From: an uncultured Poribacteria bacterium
GTDB taxonomy: Bacteria > Poribacteria > WGA-4E > WGA-3G
Direction: 5' to 3'
DNA: 64,000 nucleotides
NCBI GenBank assembly: GCA_958296135.2
Contig: CATQHZ020000001.1
Coordinates: 1,152,001 to 1,216,000, forward strand
Positions 49,651 through 59,994 of the stretch are shown piece after piece (position 1 is the stretch's first letter; each line of letters begins with the position of its first letter). The notes below the pieces were generated by a model that had not been told where the DNA came from, ran no database searches, and saw only the letters and a list, made by a program, of their open reading frames with translations. Made by a program: the position numbers and the translations under genes.

Positions 49651-49716
49651 ATTGTATCACAGCGTCTATGTGAAAGTCAAATTGAACTTGACATCTTTCC
49701 GACGCTATGCTAAAAT
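49651..49716. promoter_or_regulatory. Back-to-back divergent sigma70 promoters
   Basis: Minus strand TTGACT-18-TACAAT (49680-49651); plus strand TTGACA-17-TAAAAT (49688-49716). Confidence 0.6.
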
Positions 49717-49813
49717 GGGGCATTGCGAGGGGAACCCTCGGCGATTCGCGCTCGCCGGGTTTTCCCTCGCGCTACGGTATTCGAGTGTGAAATGACAGCA
49801 GGAGACAAACCTT

Positions 49814-51568
49814 ATGACACTTACCTCTATGTTGGCACACGCCATTCAGCACTACGGCGACAGGCCGGCGTTGGCGCACAAGCCCAAAGGCGGCACCTAT
49901 CAGGACATCTCTTACAATGCCCTCGGCGAGTCGGTTGCGGCATTCAGTAGCGGGCTCAGTTCACTCGGTGTTGAGAAGGGCGAGCGGGTTGCGATTTTAT
50001 CGGAGAATCGACCGGAGTGGGCAATTGCGGATTTCGGCACTCTCGCCGCTGGTGCCATCACCGTCCCGATGTTTTCAACGCTGACGGCACCGCAAGTCGG
50101 CTACATTCTGAAAGATTCTGGGGCAAAAATTATCTGCGTCTCTACCGAAAAGCAGTTGGAAAAGGTGGCGGACATCCAGACGCTAGAGCAGATTATTCTG
50201 TTTGATGCAACGGAAGGTGAACTCCGTCCCGGCGTTATTTCTTTTGAGTCTGTCTGCAGTGCGGTTGATGGGGAAAGGCATCGAGCTAGGGAGGGCGCGC
50301 CGACGGCAGAAGAGGACATCGCCACGATTATCTATACGTCTGGCACGACAGGTGAACCGAAGGGTGTGATGTTGACGCACGCGAATTTCATTTCAAATGT
50401 GCAGGCGTGCAAATCGCTTGTTGATGTCGGCGAAGAAGATGTGCTGTTGTCGTTCCTGCCGCTGTCGCACGTGTTTGAGCGGCTCGGTGGGCATTACGTG
50501 CCGCTCTTCTCCGGTGCGAAGATAGCCTACGCCGAGAGCGTGTTGACAGTAGCGGCGAATATGCAGGAGGTTTCGCCGACGTTGATGCTCAGCGTGCCGC
50601 GTCTCTATGAGACGATGCACGAGAGAATCTTGCGTGCGGTGCGCGCCGGTTCGTCCCTCAAACAGAAGATTTTCCACTGGGGAGTCGGTGTTGGTTCGGC
50701 TTGCAGTGCGGCGATTCAGCAAGGCAAGGAGCCTTCGGCACTTTTGCGCCTGAAATCGCGTATCGCCGACAAACTCGTCTTTGCGAAGTTGAAGGCGGCG
50801 ACCGGGGGTAGACTTCGGTTTTTCATCTCCGGCGGTGCTGCGTTACCGCAAGCCATCGCCGAATTCTTTCACGCCGCGGGAATTCTGATTTTGGAAGGAT
50901 ATGGGCTCACCGAGACGTCGCCTGTGATTAGCATGAACCATCCCGGCAAGTGGCAGTTTGGGACTGTCGGCGCGCCTGTGCCCGGGGTGGAGGTGCGCAT
51001 CGCCGAAGATGGCGAGATTCTGACGCGCGGCCCGCACGTGATGAAGGGCTATTTCAACAACCCTGATGCTACCGCCGAGGTTATTGACGCGGAGAGCTGG
51101 TTTCACACGGGTGACATCGGCCTTGTTGGCGAGGATGGGTTCGTTAAAATTACCGATAGGAAGAAGAACATCATCGTGTTGTCAAACGGCAAGAATGTGG
51201 CGCCGCAGCCGATAGAGAGTGAGTTGATGCGGAGTCCGTTCATCAGCCAGATTTTGGTGCTCGGCAACGAGCGGAAAAACCTCGCTGCGCTGATTGTCCC
51301 GAATGGTGATGCGTTGAAAGAGTGGGGTGCGGAAAATGGCGTTGCAACCGATGCGCTTCAGGCGCGTGAGGTGCAGCGGCTCTTCCAAGGCGAGCTCCGC
51401 GAGCGGTTAACGGACTTTGCCGATTTTGAGCAGGTGCGCCGGTTCGTGCTGATGGCGAAGGAGTTCACGCTGGAAAACGATGAGATGACTCCGACGCTGA
51501 AACTGAAGCGGAACGTGATTATCGAACGCTACGCCGATGTGATTGAAAGTCTGTATTCGGGGGAATAG
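49814..51568 (+). CDS. Long-chain fatty acid--CoA ligase
   Basis: YTSGTTGEPKG, EGYGLTE, WFHTGD and TPTLKLKR motifs. Confidence 0.93.
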   Translation: MTLTSMLAHAIQHYGDRPALAHKPKGGTYQDISYNALGESVAAFSSGLSSLGVEKGERVAILSENRPEWAIADFGTLAAGAITVPMFSTLTAPQVGYILKDSGAKIICVSTEKQLEKVADIQTLEQIILFDATEGELRPGVISFESVCSAVDGERHRAREGAPTAEEDIATIIYTSGTTGEPKGVMLTHANFISNVQACKSLVDVGEEDVLLSFLPLSHVFERLGGHYVPLFSGAKIAYAESVLTVAANMQEVSPTLMLSVPRLYETMHERILRAVRAGSSLKQKIFHWGVGVGSACSAAIQQGKEPSALLRLKSRIADKLVFAKLKAATGGRLRFFISGGAALPQAIAEFFHAAGILILEGYGLTETSPVISMNHPGKWQFGTVGAPVPGVEVRIAEDGEILTRGPHVMKGYFNNPDATAEVIDAESWFHTGDIGLVGEDGFVKITDRKKNIIVLSNGKNVAPQPIESELMRSPFISQILVLGNERKNLAALIVPNGDALKEWGAENGVATDALQAREVQRLFQGELRERLTDFADFEQVRRFVLMAKEFTLENDEMTPTLKLKRNVIIERYADVIESLYSGE

Positions 51569-51615
51569 CAACGGACAGATATAGACATCTGTCCTGACAA
51601 GGGGGCATCTGAGAG

Positions 51616-52656
51616 TTACGGTGCGAGGACGGTGAGTCCATGTTTCACTATCTCAATTGTCGCCGGGGTTTCGCACATCGGTTCGCCATCGGCGTAGAGC
51701 AGCAGTGAGGGTTCCGTTTCAATCCGCAGCGTGCGCGTTTGATGTATTTCCACGGCGGGGTGCGAGAGGTGCCCGCCCCAGAAGAGCGTCACGAGGATTC
51801 GGAGTATCGTGATTTTTGGGACCGGGCGGATGCTACAGACATCAAAAAGTCCGTCATCGTAATGCGCGTTCGGCACAATACGGAACCCGCCACCATATCG
51901 AGGCATAATGCCTGTCGCGGCGAGGAGGTGTTCTCCCTCAAGTGTGCCAAAGTCGCCCTCAAGTTTGATGTATGGGCATTCGTAGTTAGCAAGCGTGGCG
52001 ATGGCGGCATATACGTAGGCGGCGGTGCCTTTAAACGGCGTGCTTCGTTCTGCACCGCGTCGGCTGACTTCGGCATCGTAACCGCAGGTGGCAATGGTAA
52101 TGAAATATTTTGGATTTCCTAGCGGTTGTTCAGCTGCGTCTGGTTCGAGTGGGGTTGACTTTCCGATAACAGTGCCATTCGGCGCGGCCTGTTTATGGCT
52201 TTGCTGTTCTGGGATGATTTTCCCGATGTCTACGTGAATGGGTTTGCCGGTTAATAAGTTCTGGATGGCGGCATTGGGTTTTCGCGGTACGCCGAGGGCG
52301 GCGGCGAAATCGTTGCCGCGTCCGCATGGGAGCACGCCTAAGATGACAGCGGAATCTTCGCGAGGGCCAGGTTCTCGCGCGCCGGTATCCTGCGGGGTTT
52401 TGGGCACCGGCGATTCCAACCGAACGATGCCGTTGACTACCTCGTGGAGGGTGCCGTCGCCGCCACAGGCGATTATCTTCCGAATGCCGGCGTTCACTGC
52501 ATCTTGCGAGAAACGTTTGGCATCGCCGGTGCCGGCAGTCAATGCCAATGTGCCGCTATGTCCGGCTGACGTTAAGGCGGCGTATGCCTGCTCTGCGATG
52601 GATTTTGCGCTGCCTTTGCCGGAGATGGGGTTTGCGATGATGATGAAATTGTCCAT
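51616..52656 (-). CDS. Diacylglycerol-kinase-family lipid kinase (YegS/BmrU-like)
   Basis: NPISG, GGDGTLHEV, PCGRGNDF, YGGG and ADGE motifs. Confidence 0.9.
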   Translation of the reverse strand: MDNFIIIANPISGKGSAKSIAEQAYAALTSAGHSGTLALTAGTGDAKRFSQDAVNAGIRKIIACGGDGTLHEVVNGIVRLESPVPKTPQDTGAREPGPREDSAVILGVLPCGRGNDFAAALGVPRKPNAAIQNLLTGKPIHVDIGKIIPEQQSHKQAAPNGTVIGKSTPLEPDAAEQPLGNPKYFITIATCGYDAEVSRRGAERSTPFKGTAAYVYAAIATLANYECPYIKLEGDFGTLEGEHLLAATGIMPRYGGGFRIVPNAHYDDGLFDVCSIRPVPKITILRILVTLFWGGHLSHPAVEIHQTRTLRIETEPSLLLYADGEPMCETPATIEIVKHGLTVLAP

Positions 52657-52657
52657 T

Positions 52658-55600
52658 TTATCTGATGACAGCGATTTTCCCGATTTTTTTTAGGTTCTCA
52701 AACTCAAGGACATAAATATAGATGCCGGTTGACACATCCGCGCCGCCCTTGCTGGTGAGCCACCATTGGCTGCGGTTATTATTGTGTACGTGCAAGTCTT
52801 CGATAAGATGTCCGGTCGGTGCGAAGAGCTGGATGCGTGTGCCGATAGGGACTTTATCGAACGTAATCGCGCCTTTGTCGGCGACGTTGGGATAGACGGG
52901 ATTCGGGTAAACGCGTACCTGCGTGAAATCTGTCACCTCTGTGAGTCCGATGCTTTGCGGTATGTGCAGCGGTTGCGTAGCGGTTCGCAGTGGGTTTTCG
53001 TCACTATCGGCGACGTTGGCTACCGTAATTTCATAGTTCGTCTGTTGAACATGCTGTGGTTCAAAGGCGAGGATGGCCCGCGTTCCCATTCTGTCTCGGA
53101 TGGCAGACAGGGGCCGCACGCCGCCGATGCGCTGTGGTTCGCGCAGGAGGTAACGGCTCGCGTCGCCAATGGCAAATCCCATCTGCCGGTTAAAGGTGAC
53201 GATAACCCGTGTCCGTTCTGTTTGTGGGAGCGGCCCACGATGTCCAGCGGTAGAAGTGTCCGGAACGTGTAGGCTCGCGCTGATGAGTTTCGGCGGCTGA
53301 CGCGGCGTGGCGGCAACTGCCTCGGTTCGTTCTGTCTCTTTGCCGTTTTCGCCTTTTGCGGTGATGGCATACCAATGGGTTTTATCTGTAGTGACGGCCC
53401 TGTCTAGAAATCGGGATGTCGTGAGGTTCTCGGCGATAGGCTTAAATTCGGTATCGTCAGGGGCTTTGTCCTTTTCTCCCATCGCGCGATAGACGGTGAA
53501 GTTCGCATCCGGGAGGGCATTCCTATTGGAAGAGGGTTCGCGGGGGACAGGCCCCTGCGCTACGTTCAACGAGGGGGCTATCCACGTAACCTGAACGGCT
53601 TTTGCAGTCAGCGGCGTTGCGGAGACTTCCCACGGTGTGAGGGTTTCAACGGACTGCCTATTTTTCGCGAACGTGGATTCAAAACGGAGGAGTTCGTCAT
53701 CAGCATTGACGTAGATTTCGTCAAACCCATTGTTGTCCAGATCGGCGGTGAACAAGGCGGGTGTCTCGGATATCTTCTGGTGCCATATCGGGACGAAGGT
53801 GTCGCGCGGGCCTGTGCCTCGCGCTGCGGTATCTGTCGGGCTGGAGATGGTGCCGTTCCACTTCATCACGTAGAGATTCGGATGCGTGAGGATGACGAGT
53901 TCCTTGTCGCCATCCCCTGTTACATCGGCGATGCTGATACCGTTTCCCGTTCGGCGATACGGTACTATTGCTTGTTCCCAGAGCGGCACGTAGCCCTGGC
54001 TCGTATGCGTCCAAACAAGAAACTTCCATAGGGGTGGGGCTGAAGGTACTCCCGGCAATGCTAATGTGCCGCCCACCACAAACTCTGGTATGCTGTCTCC
54101 GGTCAAGTCACCGGCAGTAAGCAACGTCACTTCTGTGAGTTCAAGTTGCGTCTGCCATTCTCGGCGGAATCTATCGTTTGCGAAGGCAGAATAGACGAAG
54201 AGTTGTCCTTCGCTGTCGCCCGCGATGAGTTCTCGATGTCCATCGGCATCAAAATCGGCGATTGCGAAGTGATGCCCGAACACGTTCGCGCCTTCTGTTT
54301 CGTTGACGAGTTGCGCTGTTTCTTCATAAAGGTTGTTTCCCCGGTTCTCGAAAATCAAAATCCGGTCGTTTCGGTTATCGGCTCCGATAATTTCTTTCCT
54401 GCCATCTGCATCTAAGTCGGCGATGCTCCCACTGGAGAGAAAAGGTGATTCCCAGGTAATGTTTTCGGGGTATCCGTTAGGCGCGGTGCTCTCAAGCAGA
54501 AAAGTCCTATTGCTGTCGCTGGCGAGGATTTCTAGTAAGCCGTCGTTGTCGGTATCGTCAACCGTCCAAGGCGTGAACGTTTCCGCATCAATTGGGAGCG
54601 TATGCACTTCTTGATACTTGCTGTTCAAGACCGGGGGGGCTTTCCTACCGGTTTGCGTCCCTTCATAAATCGTAATGCCCATCTCCGAGAGCGGTTTTCC
54701 GACGATTTCCAACGCGCCATCGCCATCAAAATCGGCGGTGAGGCTGGCGATGTGGAGAGGTGGCACACCGAGGGAGAAGTCGTCAAACCCGTTTGGCGAG
54801 ATGGCGCTGCCGACAACGTCAAGCGGCCAGTATTGCCCTTGATTATTTTCCGTTACCGTCAATCCTATGGCGTTTTGCGATTTGACGAAAAATTGGTAAG
54901 TGCCACTGGTTAGCCCGAGGGAGAGGAAATGTTCTTTACCGAGTTCGTTTTCCTCAATAGCAGCGAAGGGCGCGAGTTGGTTTTTGCGCCGATAATAGAG
55001 GGTGTTGCGTGTGACATCATCGGTTGCCCACGTGAAAATGGTAATGGAGCGGTTCTCATAAAGCACTTCTGTTGCGGTGAGAGCGGTGACCTGGGGTGGT
55101 GTCCTGTCAACTGCGACAACAACCTGGGCGTGCGTTTCTCTGCCCTCTTTGCCGGTGACTTGTAATCGGACGGTGTAAACGCCTTCCGGCATTGCTGTGG
55201 TATCCCACACCGCCAATGTCTCCCCGATTTTTTGTTGAAAGGACGGTTCTGTGAACGGAGTAAATAAACTTGGTACTGTCGATTCGCCATAAAGGAGTTG
55301 CCATGACGCGAATCGATATCCGCCTGCGGTGCCGACAATCGTAATCGTGCTGGAGCCGCCGCTATTCGTTTCGGGTGCGAGGATGCGCGCTTGCAAGGCA
55401 CTGCTCGCCAACAGTGCGCGTTCGGCGTTGAGTGTGCCTGCCCCGACAAATTTTTTGTCGGGCATATCGGGCATAGGGGCATCGCGAGGGACAGGCTCTT
55501 GCGCTGCGGTATCCGGCGTGTTGTTTTGTGGTTGAAGCACAACATCGGCGGTGTTAATCAAAATCTGCCGCACTTCTTCATGCGTGAGTGCGGGCCGCTT

Positions 55601-56812
55601 GGAGAGCATCAACGCGGCCACCCCGGCGACGTGCGGGGCAGCCATGGAGGTGCCAGTGAGCAGGCGATATTGATTGTCAATCTGCGTGCTGAGGATGACG
55701 TTTCCGGGTGCGGCGATATCCACGGAGGCACCGAAGTTCGATTGGTAAAACCGCTGTTGATGCTGTTCTGTTGAGGCAACGGCGATGACTTGGCGATAGG
55801 CGGCGGGAAAGATGGCGGCCGCTTTCTGTGAGTTTCCTGCGGCACCGACTAAGACGACACCGCGGGCGTGTGCGTAATCGATTGCATCTTGGATGACGAA
55901 GGAGACTTGTTCGCTGCCCCAGCTCATATTAATCACGCTGGCCCCGTTATCGGCGGCATAGACGATGGCGGCGGCGGAGTCATCGTCTTGCATGCGGGAG
56001 CTCCCGCCGAGGGAGAGCCCGGCGCGAATCGGCATCAGTGGGCAATTCCATGCCACGCCTGCGATGCCGATGCCGTTATCTGCCATCGCGCCAGCGATAC
56101 CGGCGACGTGCGTGCCGTGTCCGGATTCATCGATGGGTTCGTTATCGCCTTCGATGAAATCGCCTTCTCCCTGTACATTCGGTGCATCGGTGAAATCCCA
56201 TCCATGCACATCGTCGACATAGCCGTTGCCATCGTCGTCAAGCCCGTTATCCGGTACCTCGCCGGGATTCACCCACGTCTTCTCCCCCAGGTCATCGTGT
56301 CTATAATCGATGCCGGAGTCGATGATAGCGATGACGATGCTTGCGTCGCCTTTCTCAATTGTCCATGCCTGTGGAAGCCTTGTCAACGGGAGGTTCCACT
56401 GCTCTGCGTACCTCGGGTCGTTCGGATTAACCACTTCTCCTTCCCGCCGCCGCGTTTCTTGCAACGTTGGACGGAGATAATTAAACGCGACTGCCTCAAC
56501 GAGTGGGCTTTCGGCGTAAACCGCTTTGATTGTCTCTACGTCTGCGTCCGGGTTGAAGCGTAGCAGATAGATGCGCCTGAGGTTCGGAGTGAGTGCCGGG
56601 CGTGCGAGATAGGGAAACAGCGGATGCAGCGATTCCACCCGATGCTCAGCATGCAGCAGGAATATCGGCGCGTTTGCTTGCAACCGCTGGATGTCTGCTG
56701 CAGCGGCCGGTGTCAAGCGAATCAGCAATTCGCCGGGAGTGATTTCGGCGGACACCTCTACACAGAGCGCGATTAAAAGGAGGGCGACACTTGATGGAAT
56801 TTTTAACTTCAT
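52658..56812 (-). CDS. Exported S8 subtilisin-like peptidase with FG-GAP/VCBS repeats, FN3 and a C-terminal sorting-like domain
   Basis: Catalytic triad IIDSG, HGTHVAG, GTSMAAP; D.D.DG..E repeats; VYPNP...GIYIY...GKIAVIR. Confidence 0.92.
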   Translation of the reverse strand: MKLKIPSSVALLLIALCVEVSAEITPGELLIRLTPAAAADIQRLQANAPIFLLHAEHRVESLHPLFPYLARPALTPNLRRIYLLRFNPDADVETIKAVYAESPLVEAVAFNYLRPTLQETRRREGEVVNPNDPRYAEQWNLPLTRLPQAWTIEKGDASIVIAIIDSGIDYRHDDLGEKTWVNPGEVPDNGLDDDGNGYVDDVHGWDFTDAPNVQGEGDFIEGDNEPIDESGHGTHVAGIAGAMADNGIGIAGVAWNCPLMPIRAGLSLGGSSRMQDDDSAAAIVYAADNGASVINMSWGSEQVSFVIQDAIDYAHARGVVLVGAAGNSQKAAAIFPAAYRQVIAVASTEQHQQRFYQSNFGASVDIAAPGNVILSTQIDNQYRLLTGTSMAAPHVAGVAALMLSKRPALTHEEVRQILINTADVVLQPQNNTPDTAAQEPVPRDAPMPDMPDKKFVGAGTLNAERALLASSALQARILAPETNSGGSSTITIVGTAGGYRFASWQLLYGESTVPSLFTPFTEPSFQQKIGETLAVWDTTAMPEGVYTVRLQVTGKEGRETHAQVVVAVDRTPPQVTALTATEVLYENRSITIFTWATDDVTRNTLYYRRKNQLAPFAAIEENELGKEHFLSLGLTSGTYQFFVKSQNAIGLTVTENNQGQYWPLDVVGSAISPNGFDDFSLGVPPLHIASLTADFDGDGALEIVGKPLSEMGITIYEGTQTGRKAPPVLNSKYQEVHTLPIDAETFTPWTVDDTDNDGLLEILASDSNRTFLLESTAPNGYPENITWESPFLSSGSIADLDADGRKEIIGADNRNDRILIFENRGNNLYEETAQLVNETEGANVFGHHFAIADFDADGHRELIAGDSEGQLFVYSAFANDRFRREWQTQLELTEVTLLTAGDLTGDSIPEFVVGGTLALPGVPSAPPLWKFLVWTHTSQGYVPLWEQAIVPYRRTGNGISIADVTGDGDKELVILTHPNLYVMKWNGTISSPTDTAARGTGPRDTFVPIWHQKISETPALFTADLDNNGFDEIYVNADDELLRFESTFAKNRQSVETLTPWEVSATPLTAKAVQVTWIAPSLNVAQGPVPREPSSNRNALPDANFTVYRAMGEKDKAPDDTEFKPIAENLTTSRFLDRAVTTDKTHWYAITAKGENGKETERTEAVAATPRQPPKLISASLHVPDTSTAGHRGPLPQTERTRVIVTFNRQMGFAIGDASRYLLREPQRIGGVRPLSAIRDRMGTRAILAFEPQHVQQTNYEITVANVADSDENPLRTATQPLHIPQSIGLTEVTDFTQVRVYPNPVYPNVADKGAITFDKVPIGTRIQLFAPTGHLIEDLHVHNNNRSQWWLTSKGGADVSTGIYIYVLEFENLKKIGKIAVIR

Positions 56813-56890
56813 TGTAACTTCGCTCAAAATGTAGTCATTGACAACGTCAATGACGGATTCGGCAAGCAGACGTGAATGCCCCAAAGACAT

Positions 56891-58009
56891 CTACGAACGC
56901 TTTGCGTCAGTACGAAAAATCAACACGTCAAGCACTTCTCCCGTTTTGTCGTCGATAATGACGATGGCGAGATTTCCCCGGCTGTGGTTATAGAAACTGA
57001 CTGTCCACGCGAACCCTTGAAACCGGGCGTATGCGTGGATTCCGTTTTTATCTCGCAATGCCTTTTTCACGCGTGCAGCGGATTTGGCAGTCTGAAGAAT
57101 TGCTTCTGATTTTGCGCGCTTTGAAAGCGCGCCTACCGGAGAAGGTTCATCATCGTTAAAGGTAGCTTGCTTTCGCGGGGCGACACACGCACGTTTCTGT
57201 AGGCGCGACCGTGACGGCCCTCGCGCGCCGGTGTCCGGCGGGATGAAGGCATGGACGAGTTGTTTTCCTCTGTCTGCCTCCGGGGGCAGTGTCTTGGGAT
57301 GTTGTTTTGCCAGCGCGCGGAGCAGCATCGCGTGGTGATGATAGGCATCTCGGACTTTCTCATAACGTTTCAGCCCCAGGGCGATAGGCATTTTTTCATA
57401 CTGCGCTGCGCACATCTCCGCTGCGTCTGCTTCGAGTTGTAGCACCTTGACGATGTCCTTTTTCTCTTCTGCGCGCTCACGCAGTGCCCTGAAAAAGGTT
57501 GGATATATGCCGAAATCGTAGAACCGATTTGGATACTGCGGTGCCCACGTCGCCATAAATTTCGCAATTTTTTGACGTTCTGCACAAACGTAAGCATCGC
57601 GAACGGCGATGCGGCCTGATAAGTCAACGTTATCTGCCCGGTGGTTGCTAAACAACGCCTTGCGAACGACGAAGAATTTTCTCCATGCAGTTTCGGCGCG
57701 TTTAAGATGGGCCTGACGTTGTGCCAGAATCTCCGCGCGTTCTTTCTTCGCCCGCGCTGCCCATTTCTCATGGCCATGGCGCGTATAGTAGCCGTGCGCA
57801 ATCTCGTTCATCGGGAGGGAGATGCGGGTGAGGCATTCGGCGGCAGCTTCCTGCCAGAGTGCCACTTTGTCCCACTCGCCACGCTGTTCATACTGTTTGA
57901 TGAAAATGGTGGCGTTCGCCGTTCCTTCACGAATAGCGAGGCACGACTGCGCATAGAAGAGTGAAAGTAGAAAAAGTCCAACGAATTTTTGCAGCGTCGG
58001 TTTGTGCAT
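56891..58009 (-). CDS. Hypothetical exported protein containing repeat-derived inserts
   Basis: 372-aa ORF with a signal peptide; internal repeat WQEAAAEC / LEADAAEMC. Confidence 0.65.
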   Translation of the reverse strand: MHKPTLQKFVGLFLLSLFYAQSCLAIREGTANATIFIKQYEQRGEWDKVALWQEAAAECLTRISLPMNEIAHGYYTRHGHEKWAARAKKERAEILAQRQAHLKRAETAWRKFFVVRKALFSNHRADNVDLSGRIAVRDAYVCAERQKIAKFMATWAPQYPNRFYDFGIYPTFFRALRERAEEKKDIVKVLQLEADAAEMCAAQYEKMPIALGLKRYEKVRDAYHHHAMLLRALAKQHPKTLPPEADRGKQLVHAFIPPDTGARGPSRSRLQKRACVAPRKQATFNDDEPSPVGALSKRAKSEAILQTAKSAARVKKALRDKNGIHAYARFQGFAWTVSFYNHSRGNLAIVIIDDKTGEVLDVLIFRTDAKRS

Positions 58010-58127
58010 GGTAAATTTTTCTGCTTGGGGCGCGTGGCCTTGCGAGGGGAACCCTCGGCGATTCGTGCTCGCCGGGTTTTCCCTCGCGCTACGGTAATTA
58101 GGGCCGTAGTTGGGGCCTTGCAGATGT

Positions 58128-59153
58128 TTAGAGCGGCATAATACGCACGGTTGCAGAAAAAGTCTCCTCCGGGGATAACACGATGATACCGGCAGGAATG
58201 CCTTTCGCCTCTAAATTGATCGCATCTGTCGGGCAGGTATACGGTTCAAAGCAGATAGCGTCTCTTCCCGGCGGCGTATAGACGACGAGCTCTCTGAAGA
58301 TGGCATCCGATTCCATGACGAGTTCCTGTCCGATGATACACCGGGTAACCCTGTCTGTCAATTGCACGTCTGTGAAGACATGATCTAGTTTCAGACCGGC
58401 GAACGGTTTTCCATCGCGCAAATCCAAGGCACCGGCGACAGGAAGTTGTTTTCCTGTTGGCACAAGCACGTCGTCAAGTTCCCAGTACTTCGCGGCCGGC
58501 ACGGTAATTGTCGCTTGCGATGGATTCGCGACGCGAAAATAGGGATGGATGCCGAACCCTATCGGCATGTTCCGCGCGCCGGTGTTTTTGATAGAAACGT
58601 TCATCGTCAGCGCGGTGTCTTTGAGTATATACGTTATCTCAATGTGAAAGGGGAACGGGTACTGACGGCCAATATCTGGCACCTCGCGCGAATTAAGAGA
58701 GCAGACCAGGGTTGCACCGTTTTCGTCCGCTGCGTGACGTTGGACCTGATATGGCTGGTTGAGTAACAACCCATGAATCGTCGTCGGTGCATCAGGCGGT
58801 TTATCGAACTGATACGTTTCACCTTCAAACGTCCAACTGCCGCCTCGGATGCGGTTTGGAAACGGGAACAAGACCGGATTTCCGTATGCGGTGGGGCGTT
58901 CTTGCAATATCGCCAGATCTGGCGGTTCATCTATTAAGCCCCGTCCGGCGACTCGGAAGGCGTAGCAGTTATTTCCGAGCGCGGGGACGATTTCGGCGAT
59001 GGCGGTTTGACTACCGTAGGCGCGGTGTTCAACCCCGTTCTCCTGTTTGCTACTGTGTAGTGCGGGGGCCTGTTCCGCGTTATCTTGTTGTAGAGAGTAA
59101 ACGTGAAACCCATCAACTATTTTGTCGCTGACTGAATACGTTGTATGCTCCAT
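58128..59153 (-). CDS. Aldose 1-epimerase family protein
   Basis: YGNPVLFPFPNRI, IHGL, GFGIHPYF, LDHVF and ICFEPYT motifs. GAGGA SD before ATG 59153; the longer ORF reads through REPs. Confidence 0.88.
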   Translation of the reverse strand: MEHTTYSVSDKIVDGFHVYSLQQDNAEQAPALHSSKQENGVEHRAYGSQTAIAEIVPALGNNCYAFRVAGRGLIDEPPDLAILQERPTAYGNPVLFPFPNRIRGGSWTFEGETYQFDKPPDAPTTIHGLLLNQPYQVQRHAADENGATLVCSLNSREVPDIGRQYPFPFHIEITYILKDTALTMNVSIKNTGARNMPIGFGIHPYFRVANPSQATITVPAAKYWELDDVLVPTGKQLPVAGALDLRDGKPFAGLKLDHVFTDVQLTDRVTRCIIGQELVMESDAIFRELVVYTPPGRDAICFEPYTCPTDAINLEAKGIPAGIIVLSPEETFSATVRIMPL

Positions 59154-59323
59154 AGGTTCCTCTGTATTAACGGTTTGCGAGGGACAGGCTCTCGCGCTAC
59201 GGCTTATGATAGGAACGGCTGCAATGAGCGTCGCGAAGGATAGGCATAAACCGAAGAGGCATCGCGAGGGCCAGGCCCTCGCGCTACGGTATTCGGCAGG
59301 GCAGAGCATCAAAATCAGGTGCT

Positions 59324-59941
59324 TCATCGTTTATCCCTTCCAGTCCACTGAATGCCGCGCTTGAGCACTTCCCTGAAGTTCGGATTGGAGAAGGTGACAT
59401 CGTCATGGCCGCTCTGCAGGCAGAAAATACGGGAGTTCCTGTATTCTCGCGTCCAGCCGAGCACTTCCATGCTGTTCGGATGCTTGACTGTCAGCAGGAT
59501 GTCGCTGTCCTCGCCTGTCGAATCCATCGTGTAGGTTTCATCGCCCATCTCCCAGTCTGTCATTCCTGCGGTGATGGGGTGCGTCGTGTTGGCGATATGC
59601 ACGTCAAACGTCTGTCGCGGGTAGTAGCCGAAACGTCTGTCTGCAATCCCGCACATATCCGAGTAGGCACCCCACTTCGGAAACGCGAGGATTGCATGAT
59701 GCAAAATGACGATGCCTTGCCCGCGTTCTGTCAAGCTGAAGATGGCTGCCGCTTGTGCTGCTGTCGGGTAAGGCCGGTGAAAATTGTAGAAGACGACGGT
59801 GTCGTAATCCTTCTGGCTCGGGTCATCGACAAAGACATCCAAGTCTTGGCGGACGAATTGGATGCTGTCCATACTCTCAAAAACTGCGTCGAACTGTTTT
59901 TCTTGGAAACCGTGTTCGCCGGTAACGACTGCAATTTGCAT
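59324..59941 (-). CDS. ThuA-like (trehalose utilisation) domain protein
   Basis: G.G.V.LHH, HPIT.G, DETY and WTR......F....GH motifs. Confidence 0.8.
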   Translation of the reverse strand: MQIAVVTGEHGFQEKQFDAVFESMDSIQFVRQDLDVFVDDPSQKDYDTVVFYNFHRPYPTAAQAAAIFSLTERGQGIVILHHAILAFPKWGAYSDMCGIADRRFGYYPRQTFDVHIANTTHPITAGMTDWEMGDETYTMDSTGEDSDILLTVKHPNSMEVLGWTREYRNSRIFCLQSGHDDVTFSNPNFREVLKRGIQWTGRDKR

Positions 59942-59994
59942 GATTTTGTTTCTCCGTTATGGCATGGGCGGTGATAGATGTCCGCCCTTGCAGT

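Noticed and set aside
59154-59327. N-terminal extension or signal peptide of the aldose epimerase
   Set aside because: Made of two intact REPs; the better SD-ATG is at 59153.
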